Shown piece by piece: positions 56,900-64,000 of a stretch of 64,000 nt of DNA. Origin of the DNA: an uncultured Actinomycetes bacterium (GTDB lineage: Bacteria; Actinomycetota; UBA4738; HRBIN12). The translations under genes and the position numbers were made by a program. The stretch is from positions 195,553 to 259,552 of the forward strand of contig CAVRSI010000015.1 of NCBI GenBank assembly GCA_963723855.1, in the 5' to 3' direction. Below the pieces are notes generated by a model. That model was not told the origin of the DNA, did not search any database, and was given only the letters and a program-made list of their open reading frames with translations. Each line of letters begins with the position of its first letter. Within the stretch, counting starts at the first letter, position 1.

Positions 56900-58185
56900 C
56901 CGTTCGGGTACATCAAGGCGAGCACGTTGTCCGGCACCAACGAGGTGCCCGACACCGTCGGCGTCACCCTGTCCGGGTTGCAGTCCGACGCCGTGACCTG
57001 CCGCATGACGTGCGGGACGACGATCTCCGGCGGGATCTGCGCCCCTTGGAGATACATCATCGACGCGGTGACGGCGACCCGCGACTGGAAGTTGCCGCCC
57101 GCCGAGTACCAGATGTTGAAGTTGGGGTTGTCCATCTTCTTCCAGGTACAGAACAGGGTCTGCTCGTCGGTCCGCAACGCGACCGTGAGGTTCCCGATCG
57201 GGATGCCCAGCTGGTCGTACGCCTTCAGCGCGGTGTTGAGCCCGTCGGCGTACTCATAGGCGTACCCCGCGATGTCGGGGTTGGTCGAGAGCCAGCCGTT
57301 GACCGTCTTGAGCGCGATGTCGTTCGCCCAATAGGTGTCGGCGGGACCGAGCGTCTTGATCGACGGGTTCAACGCCTTCTCGTAACACCGCTGCCATCCG
57401 AGGGAAAGCGCGTTGCCCGGTGTGCCTCCCATGAGGCCGACCGTGCCGGACGGAACGCCGTCGTTGATCACCTGGGCGAAGCTCTTGCCGAGCGCGCAGA
57501 GGTCCTCGCCGACCACGGTGAGGTAGTCCTGACCGGGGACGAGCGCGCCCTCTTGACCGGGCAGACCGACCCAGCCCGCCGAGTACGTGGAGTACGGGAT
57601 CCCCGCCTGCTTGGCTTCCAGGATGGCGTCGGCGATGTTCGTGCCCTGGTCCGGGTAGCCGATGATGAAGCTCACGCCGGCCTGGATGAGGAACCGGATG
57701 TCACCGGCCGCGACCGACGGGTCGGGGTTCCACTGGGCGTCGGTGAACATCATCTTCCCGATGTCCGGGTAGGTGAGCGCTTGCAGGATGGCTTCCATGC
57801 GGGTCACCTGACGCCACACGTTGAGCCCTCCGCCGTCGGCGTACCCCATGGTGATGTCGCCACCGGTACCGGTGTCGCACTCCGTCGCCTTCCAGCATTC
57901 GATCGCCTTGTCGATGGTCGCCTGGTCCAGATCCTGGTTGGCGCGGGCGATCGAGGCCAGGATGATGTCCGGCACATCGGTGACGGGTCCCATGGCCTTC
58001 GACACCAGCGCCGGGTCGGCGTTCGTGTTCTCGCCGTACTGCGCCAACGGCCCGGTGGCCCCGGATGCTCCCGTCGATGCACCGCCGGTGGCGGCCGGGG
58101 ACGTCCCGGAATCGCCACCGCTGCTGCATGCCGCAGCCACCATCGCGAGGGTCGCGACGATGCCGATGATCTTGATGCGTTTCAT
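56896..58185 (-). CDS. ABC transporter substrate-binding lipoprotein (PBP type I-like), ligand unknown
   Basis: MKRIKIIGIVATLAMVAAACSSGG (lipobox), 429 aa. Its stop overlaps the ATPase ATG (ATGA). Confidence 0.7.
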   Translation of the reverse strand: MKRIKIIGIVATLAMVAAACSSGGDSGTSPAATGGASTGASGATGPLAQYGENTNADPALVSKAMGPVTDVPDIILASIARANQDLDQATIDKAIECWKATECDTGTGGDITMGYADGGGLNVWRQVTRMEAILQALTYPDIGKMMFTDAQWNPDPSVAAGDIRFLIQAGVSFIIGYPDQGTNIADAILEAKQAGIPYSTYSAGWVGLPGQEGALVPGQDYLTVVGEDLCALGKSFAQVINDGVPSGTVGLMGGTPGNALSLGWQRCYEKALNPSIKTLGPADTYWANDIALKTVNGWLSTNPDIAGYAYEYADGLNTALKAYDQLGIPIGNLTVALRTDEQTLFCTWKKMDNPNFNIWYSAGGNFQSRVAVTASMMYLQGAQIPPEIVVPHVMRQVTASDCNPDRVTPTVSGTSLVPDNVLALMYPNG

Positions 58186-58260
58186 GTTCCCCCTCCCGTT
58201 GGGTCGATGGCACTCACCATCTGTTGATCGCTTAGACCTGCGAAGCGCGTGCCTCCTTTC

Positions 58261-59313
58261 TCAATGCGTGCCGCCGCTGGACGTGCTGACGGTTGGTGTC
58301 TCGACGACCTCCGTTCGCTTGCGCTCTCGAAGGACGTGCTCCACACCCCGGATGATCCGATCTCCCGAAACCAACATGCCGCCGATGATGACGATCCCGA
58401 AGACCACGAATTGGAGCGCCGTCGGCAGGCCCATCACCCGCATCATCTGGTCGAGCCCGGCGAGGAAGAACGCGGCGACCCACGTCGACAGCGGGCTGGC
58501 CAGCCCACCCGTGAGCGACGCGCCGCCGATGACCACCGCGGCGATCGGACCGAGGAGGTAGGGAGCGCCGATGGTGATGCTGACGGTGCCGAGGAACGAC
58601 GCCAGCAAGATCCCCGCCATGCCGTAGAGGACCGCGGCCACCACGTAGGCCGAGACCTGGTTGAGGTTGACCCGGAGCCCGGCGATCGACGCCGCCGTCG
58701 GATTGGCGCCGACCACCTGGAACCTGCGGCCGGGGGTCGTGAACCGGAACAGGACGATCAACACGAGCGTGATCGCCACCCCCATCCAGAAGGTTCGGGT
58801 GACGCCGAGGAAGCGCGTCGATGTCCACGCGGAGAGCCCGTCGGGGACCGGTGTCTGGATCGCGACCTCCGAGTAGTAGCGGAAGGCGATGCCGCTCACG
58901 ATCTGCCCCACCGCGAGCGTGACGATGAGGGCGTTGAGCCCGAGGCCCCCGATGAGGATCCCGTTGACCAGCCCGACCACCGCGGCCAGCACGAGCGCGA
59001 TGCCGATGGCGGTCCAGATGCGCTCGTCGGACCCCTGCCCCACCCCGACCGTGATCACCGCCGCCAGCGTGAGCGTCCCGGGGACGCTCAGGTCGATCCC
59101 CCCGGTCATGATCACCAGCATCTGGCCCAGCGCGGTGATGGCCAGGAACGTTCCGAACGGCGCGATCGAGCTGAGGCCCGGTCCCCGCAGCGTCGCCGGG
59201 GCCCAGATCGATGCGATGACGGCGAGGAGCACGATCGCGACGTAGACCGGCAGGTAACGGGAAGCAACGACGAAGGACGTGACCGCCGACGACGGGCTCC
59301 GAGGACGACTCAT
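58261..59313 (-). CDS. CUT2-type ABC transporter permease (first permease)
   Basis: MSRPRSPSSAVTSFVVASRYLPVYVAIVLLAVIASIW...TALGQMLVIMTGGIDLSVPGTLTLAAV...VVGANPTAASIAGLRV... Its ATG overlaps the stop of amidohydrolase C (ATGA at 59310-59313). Confidence 0.8.
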   Translation of the reverse strand: MSRPRSPSSAVTSFVVASRYLPVYVAIVLLAVIASIWAPATLRGPGLSSIAPFGTFLAITALGQMLVIMTGGIDLSVPGTLTLAAVITVGVGQGSDERIWTAIGIALVLAAVVGLVNGILIGGLGLNALIVTLAVGQIVSGIAFRYYSEVAIQTPVPDGLSAWTSTRFLGVTRTFWMGVAITLVLIVLFRFTTPGRRFQVVGANPTAASIAGLRVNLNQVSAYVVAAVLYGMAGILLASFLGTVSITIGAPYLLGPIAAVVIGGASLTGGLASPLSTWVAAFFLAGLDQMMRVMGLPTALQFVVFGIVIIGGMLVSGDRIIRGVEHVLRERKRTEVVETPTVSTSSGGTH

Positions 59314-60648
59314 CGCTGCTCTCCGTACGCCGCACCGACGACGAGCCCGGAGGCGGCGGCCACCCGATCCAGGGCGGCGGTTGCCAGCGCTCGCGCCCGT
59401 TGCACGTCGGCTTCGAGCACGCCGTCGCGCATCACGACACGTCCGTCGACGAACACCATGTCGACGTTCGACGTGTCCATACCCCAGACGACCGCGCCGA
59501 TCGGGTCGTTGATCGGGAAGACGTTGGGCCGGTCGGTCCGGAGCACGATCACATCGGCGCGCATCCCGGGTTCGAGGGAACCGGTCACGCCACCCAACCC
59601 CGCGACCCGCGCGCCGTCGGTGGTGGCGTAGCGGATCATGTCGCGCGTGTTCATCAGTCGGGGCACGCCGGCCTTCCCGGCCAGCTTGCGATCGAACACG
59701 GTGGCGTGCTGCATCGAGTTCGTCGCCCGCATCTGCGCGAACATGTCGCCCGGCGTGACGCATCCGTCGTCGACCCCGAGCCCGGGCCGGATGTCGCGGT
59801 CGACCAGCTGCTGAACGATCGGGAGCGAGCCCAGATCGCTCGACACCTCGTTCGTGGGCACCAGCGCCACCGACGCGCCGGACGCCGCGATGGCATCGAC
59901 GTCCGCGTCGTCGAGCTCCACGCAATGCACGAGCGTGACGTCCTCGCCCAGGAGGCCACGAGCGGCCAGATCGGCGACCACGCCACGTCCGCGAGCTCCG
60001 CGAACCCGCGTGGACGTGGATGCGCACGCCGAGCTCCCGGGCGAGCGCCCACTCCTCGGCGATCGCGCCGAGGTCGGCCGACCCGGGCACGTCGAACCCG
60101 AGGGCGACGCTGGTCCTCGGCCCGGCCGCGTCGGTGAGCCGGGCGACGAGTTGCCGCGTCGTCGGCCCAGCGTGCGTCTCCTCCGTGCGAGGGCGACCGG
60201 CGGAGACGAACACGGTGCGCGCTCCGGCGTCGGCGTGCGCCTGGAGCGCGGCTTCCGCGAAACCGGAGTCGGATCGGATGGGTGACCAATCGACGACGGT
60301 GGTGATCCCCGCCTCGACGGCGCCCAGCACGCCGATCAGGGTGGCGGCGTAGACGTCCTCGGTCTGATAGTGATCGGCGACCTCCGCCGGCACCGGGGAC
60401 TCCCTGCTCGTGTCGAGCTCCCCGACGTTGCGGAACAACGACGTCCACGCATGACGGTGGGTGTCGACGAAGCCCGGCATGACGATGGTGTCGGTCGCGT
60501 CCACCCGCTCGGCGTCACGGGCGCGGAGCCCGGGGCCGACCTGCGCCACCATGCCGTCGTCGATCAGGACGTCGGCCTGGGTGAAGTTGGGGGTCTTCGC
60601 CCCCAGGGTCAGGACGCAGCCGCCGGTCAGCAGGACCTTCGATGTCAT
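59310..60648 (-). CDS. Amidohydrolase (HxH type), paralogue C; at least one frame break near 59980-60005
   Basis: MTSKVLLTGGCVLTLG...IVMPGFVDTHRHAWTSLFRN...DWSPIRS...GVRIHVHAG (ORF 58261..60696) continues as VVADLAARGLLGEDVTLVHCVELDD...GVDDGCVTPGDMF...GSLEPGMRADVIVLRT (ORF 59310..59981). Confidence 0.8.
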
Positions 60649-60881
60649 ACCTGGCCGATCGAGCCGCCATCCCCCCGTGCCTGAGCGACCCCTCACTGTC
60701 CAGGGACACTACATAGGTTGGGTCGGCTGCGCTAGGTAGGGCCGGCCGAATCGAACAGCGAGGCTGCACACCGCGCGCCTGCGCTAGTAGCCTTGCTGTT
60801 TGCGCGGGCCGGCCACCACTCGAGATGTCCAGTCGTGGCTGAACGTCTATCCTGCGAGCGTCGAGGGGAACTGAGGGCGGG

Positions 60882-61487
60882 ATGGCCGGCGAACTGGAGG
60901 ACATCGGAACCAGGCTCCGTGAGGAACGCGAGCGCGTCCAGATCAGCCAGCGGGAGCTGGCGCGGAGGATCGGACTGTCGGCGAGCCTGATCTCCCAGAT
61001 CGAGTCGGGGCAATCCAAGCCGTCCGTGAGCACGCTCTACGCGATCGTCACGGAGCTCGGCGTCTCCGTGGACGACGTGTTCCGCGGGAGCAACGGTCAC
61101 GGCGACGCCGCCCCCGGAGCCGGCGAAGGGCCCGCGAGCGCCGACGAGGCGCCGGTGGTGCGATCCGACGAGCGCCACGTGATCGACCTCGACTCGGGGG
61201 TTCGGTGGGAGCGACTCACCAGCCATCAACACGAGGACGTCGACTTCCTCCACGTGATCTACGACGTCGGGGGGTCGTCGGCGTCCGACACGATGATGAT
61301 GCGGCACCCCGGCCGCGAGTACGGCATCGTGATGTCCGGTCGCCTCGGCGTCCAGCTGGGGTTCGACCAGTACGAGCTCGCGCCGGGAGATTCGATCGGG
61401 TTCGATTCGACCTTGCCGCATCGCCTCTGGAACCTCGGCGACGAGCCGGTGCACGGCATCTGGTTCGTCGTCGGCCGGGACGGCTAG
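60882..61487 (+). CDS. XRE-family HTH + cupin transcriptional regulator, divergent from the catabolic/transport operon
   Basis: IGTRLREERERVQISQRELARRIGLSASLISQIESGQSKPSVSTLYAIVTELGV, then a C-terminal cupin (YGIVMSGRLGVQLGFDQYELAPGDSIGFDSTLPHRLWN). Confidence 0.8.
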   Translation: MAGELEDIGTRLREERERVQISQRELARRIGLSASLISQIESGQSKPSVSTLYAIVTELGVSVDDVFRGSNGHGDAAPGAGEGPASADEAPVVRSDERHVIDLDSGVRWERLTSHQHEDVDFLHVIYDVGGSSASDTMMMRHPGREYGIVMSGRLGVQLGFDQYELAPGDSIGFDSTLPHRLWNLGDEPVHGIWFVVGRDG

Positions 61488-61516
61488 CACCGCGGCGCGC
61501 TTCGCGCGCCGCGGTG
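61488..61516 (+). terminator. Perfect 13-bp GC hairpin immediately after the regulator stop codon (no U tract)
   Basis: CACCGCGGCGCGC-TTC-GCGCGCCGCGGTG at 61488-61516, following the TAG at 61485-61487. Confidence 0.5.
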
Positions 61517-61534
61517 ATGAGTGAAGGAGTGGTC

Positions 61535-62206
61535 ATGGGTACGTACGAGCACGAGATCGACATGCTCGAGCGCGAGCTGCAGGGGGTGCTCGCGGTCTTC
61601 GACGGCGTGTCGGGCGACGACTGGAAGAAGCCCACCCGGCTGGAACCGCTGGACCCGGGCGTGAAGCATTGGACGGTCTTCGAGCTCGCCGGGCACTTCG
61701 ACATCTCGATCGGGCTCACGCGCATGTTGATCGCGCAGCCCTCCGACGGCCAGGTCGGCCGCGACCGCGTCAGCTTCTTCATCTTCCCGCGGTCGGAGGT
61801 GGCGCCGGTCGTCTACTCGTACGCGTACACCATGGTCGAGGGCAAGACGCCGGCCGACATGCCGGGCGTGCTCCGCGAGACGTTCACGAAGACGATCGAG
61901 GAGTCGCGCGCGAACCCGCCCTCGCTCGTCGGTTCGGGCTATTACGCGTTGATGGAGCTGGGCGAGTTCGCGCCGAGCCGGATCGTCGAGGCGGTCGTGC
62001 ACGGGTTCGATCTCACCGACGCGCTCGGGATCGACACGATCGCGACGCCGGACGGGATCGCGTTCACCGCCGGCGTCATGGACGAGCTGCTCCGCCGGCG
62101 GACGGTGGGTGGACGCCCGGCCGACCTGTCGGACGACCTCGCGTGGGTGCGCGCGGCGTCGGGCCGCGCCCCGCACGACGACCCGCGCCTCCCGCTCATC
62201 GGCTGA
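61535..62206 (+). CDS. Maleylpyruvate-isomerase-N/DinB-like (mycothiol-dependent enzyme family) protein
   Basis: MGTYEHEIDMLERELQGVLAVFDGVSGDDWKKPT...WTVFELAGHFDISIG... A GAAGGAG SD lies 5 nt before ATG 61535. The upstream part of track ORF 61205..62206 overlaps the regulator. The family call is from memory of the TIGR03083-type N-terminus. Confidence 0.55.
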   Translation: MGTYEHEIDMLERELQGVLAVFDGVSGDDWKKPTRLEPLDPGVKHWTVFELAGHFDISIGLTRMLIAQPSDGQVGRDRVSFFIFPRSEVAPVVYSYAYTMVEGKTPADMPGVLRETFTKTIEESRANPPSLVGSGYYALMELGEFAPSRIVEAVVHGFDLTDALGIDTIATPDGIAFTAGVMDELLRRRTVGGRPADLSDDLAWVRAASGRAPHDDPRLPLIG

Positions 62207-62231
62207 GGCGCACCCCGCGAGCCGCGGGCCC

Positions 62232-62382
62232 GGCGTCAGGGTCAGCTGCCTGACGGGGAGTCTGTCCTGACGCGCAGCCCGGCGTCAGGCGCCTGACGAT
62301 TCCGACCTGCAGCTCTGGGGTCAGCCTCCTGACGCGGGGCGCCGATGGCAGCGCCCTCACCCGTCAGCTGGCCGGCCTGACG
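62232..62382. repeat. Array of short inverted repeats built on CGTCAGG / CCTGACG
   Basis: Perfect CCTGACG at 62249, 62266, 62292, 62328 and 62376. Perfect CGTCAGG at 62234 and 62283. Partial GTCAGC at 62241, 62320 and 62363. Includes the perfect 16-bp palindrome CGTCAGGCGCCTGACG at 62283-62298 and an 8-bp stem CCTGACGC/GCGTCAGG at 62266-62289. Confidence 0.8.
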
Positions 62383-62523
62383 CCCCACGGCGCCCGATCC
62401 GCATTCGTAGGTAGCCACCCCCGCAAGCACGAGTGATCCCTCGGATTTCCGCGAACAGCCCTCTCCCTAGCGTCGCCTCAACGGCCCTCACGTGGGCCAC
62501 CGAGGCGAAACGGGGTGGGTTCG

Positions 62524-64000
62524 ATGGGTATCCGGATCACGCGGAACACGTTCCGTACCAGGGGTTCTCGCTTCATCACGCTGGTGCTGCTGTTCACCGT
62601 CGCGGCCGGCGTTGTCGTGCTGGACACGACCCGCTCGGCTGGCTCGGCGATCCCGGTAACGGCGACACGCAGTCTCGCTCGTTCGACCGGTGTGTCGACC
62701 CTGTTCCGGGCGGACTCGGCCACGGGAACGTCGCCGTCCGCGACGTCGACGCAGGCATCTTGGGTAGTCGCCGAGAACCGGAAGCCCGGCACCTCGAAGT
62801 GGCGGATCCCCGACAGCGCTCCGACGAGCATCGAGGGATACGCCGACGCCGTGAGCGCACAGGTCGGTGACGAGGTGACCGTGTTCGTCTCGACACCGGC
62901 AGCTTCCTTCCACGTCGAGGCGTATCGGATCGGCTACTACCAGGGCCTCGGGGGCCGGTTCGTCTGGCGGTCGCGCCAGCTGCGCGGGCACGATCAACCG
63001 CCGCCCACCCGTACGTCCGGGACCAACATGATCGAGACGCATTGGTCACCGTCGCTCCGGATCCACATCACCGACGACTGGCCCCAGGGCGTCTACATGC
63101 TGAAGCTCGTCGCGAGCAACGGCGCACAGAGTTACGTTCCGCTCACCCTCCGCGACGACTCGAGCCACGCCGCCTTGGTGATCCAGAACTCCGTGACGAC
63201 GTGGCAGGCGTACAACGACTGGGGCGGGTACAGCCTGTACCACGGCTCCGGCGGTTCATTCAGCGCGCGATCCCGCGTGGTGTCGTTCGACCGTCCCTAC
63301 CTGGGCCGGAGGGGCTCGGCCGACTTCTTCTGGATCGAGTCGCCGCTGGTGTTCCTCGCCGAGCGGCTTGGACTCGACGTCACGTACTGGACCGACATCG
63401 ACCTGCACGAGCGGCCCGGACTCCTGATGAACCACCGTGCGCTCGTCTCGCTCGGTCACGACGAGTACTGGTCGAGCGTCGATGCGCCGCGGAGCGCTCG
63501 CCGCTCGCGTCCACGGGGTCAACCTCGCCTTCCTCGGCGCGAACGACGTCTACCGGCACATCCGCCTCGTCGCGTCGCCGCTCGGGAAGGATCGCCGAGA
63601 GATCGACTACAAGGTGGCCTCCGAGGATCCGCTGTACGGGGTCGACAACGAAGAGGTCACCTCCCAGTGGCGGGAGGCGCCCGTGCCGAGGCCGGAGAGC
63701 GTGCTGCTCGGCGGGCTCTACCAATGCAACCCTGTGCACGCCGACATGGTCGTCGCGGCCGCGTCGTCATGGGTCTTCGCCGGGACCGGCATGGCCAACG
63801 GCGACCGCCTGCCGGGCGCGATCGACCTGGAGTACGACCGGGTGGACGGAAGCCTCCCCACCCCGGCCTCCGTCCAGATCCTCGCTCACTCGCCCCTCAC
63901 GTGCCAGGGACACGGCGACCACGCGGACGTGACCTACTACACGACGCGCAGCGGTGGAGGCGTGATCGACATGGCGAGCCAGGGATGGATCCCGCTCCTG
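62524..64000 (+). CDS. Large exported/anchored protein, N,N-dimethylformamidase beta-subunit-like family; 3' end beyond the window; one frame break near 63470-63482
   Basis: This is my own translation; both frames are open to the window end and so absent from the track. MGIRITRNTFRTRGSRFITLVLLFTVAAGVVVL...KWRIPDSAPTSIEGYADAVSAQVGDEVTVFVS...YRIGYYQGLGG...GVYMLKLVASNGAQSYVPLTLRDD...VTTWQAYNDWGGYSLY...LGHDEYWS, then MRRGALAARVHGVNLAFLGANDVYRHIRL... The family name is from memory. Confidence 0.55.
   Translation, partial: MGIRITRNTFRTRGSRFITLVLLFTVAAGVVVLDTTRSAGSAIPVTATRSLARSTGVSTLFRADSATGTSPSATSTQASWVVAENRKPGTSKWRIPDSAPTSIEGYADAVSAQVGDEVTVFVSTPAASFHVEAYRIGYYQGLGGRFVWRSRQLRGHDQPPPTRTSGTNMIETHWSPSLRIHITDDWPQGVYMLKLVASNGAQSYVPLTLRDDSSHAALVIQNSVTTWQAYNDWGGYSLYHGSGGSFSARSRVVSFDRPYLGRRGSADFFWIESPLVFLAERLGLDVTYWTDIDLHERPGLLMNHRALVSLGHDEYWSSVDAPRSARRSRPRGQPRLPRRERRLPAHPPRRVAAREGSPRDRLQGGLRGSAVRGRQRRGHLPVAGGARAEAGERAARRALPMQPCARRHGRRGRVVMGLRRDRHGQRRPPAGRDRPGVRPGGRKPPHPGLRPDPRSLAPHVPGTRRPRGRDLLHDAQRWRRDRHGEPGMDPAP

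Noticed and set aside
62242-62430. A 62-aa minus-strand ORF in the gap before the dimethylformamidase-like gene.
   Set aside because: It lies entirely within the CGTCAGG/CCTGACG repeat array and has no SD or recognisable motif.
1-64000. A scan for CRISPR arrays, tRNA or rRNA genes, IS elements and prophage or integrase genes.
   Set aside because: I saw no direct-repeat/spacer periodicity, no tRNA-like or rRNA-like sequence, and no transposase or integrase motifs in any frame. This was a by-eye scan only.

Overview
This is a very GC-rich segment (about 70% by eye, not computed) that looks like actinobacterial chromosome. Supporting signs are an MDMPI/DinB-type gene, a class I xylose isomerase, paired crcB genes with DUF190, and many 4-nt GTGA/ATGA start-stop overlaps. 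I recognised no rRNA, tRNA, CRISPR array, transposase or integrase. No searches were run; every call rests on my own reading of motifs and translations.

Layout:
(1) 1-6.6 kb: the kdpA/kdpF end plus kdpD-like/kdpE, an OB-fold protein, and a K+-independent-type H+-pyrophosphatase.
(2) 6.6-15.6 kb, minus strand, is the most interesting part. Three copies of the fluoride (crcB-motif) riboswitch have aptamers at 15509-15560, 12154-12202 and 8849-8898. Each has a TAnnnT -10-like box just upstream, and two have clear SD-sequestering helices. They precede three gene sets:
- a dynamin-like GTPase, a 66-aa ORF, a histidine-phosphatase-fold protein lacking the RHG histidine, and a double-CxxC protein;
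- two MutS-domain-V ATPases without mismatch-binding or nuclease domains;
- two unknown proteins followed by crcB-DUF190-crcB.
A divergent enolase, a NUDIX hydrolase, two tandem nhaA genes and two CaCA exchangers flank this block.
(3) 20-47 kb: an LCP protein, an MrfA-like helicase, DinB, GNAT, a MOP flippase, a complete xylose locus (xylB, mutarotase-like, xylA, xylGHF, ROK regulator), a CRTAC1-like protein, RidA, an orphan histidine kinase, and dehydrogenases.
(4) 47-61.5 kb: a catabolic island with three paralogous amidohydrolases (one fused in frame to an ABC permease), a CUT2-type ABC importer, E1 alpha/beta of a 2-oxoacid dehydrogenase with no E2/E3 in the window, an M24 hydrolase, a bicupin and an XRE-cupin regulator.
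(5) 61.5-64 kb: an MDMPI-like gene, an array of CGTCAGG/CCTGACG inverted repeats, and a partial dimethylformamidase-beta-like gene.

Technical caveat: I infer about 25 single-base frame breaks in otherwise well-conserved genes. All fall in 1-15.7 kb or 47.9-63.5 kb, and none in the 32 kb between. Several track ORFs are therefore fragments or chimeras, and gene ends near breaks are approximate.
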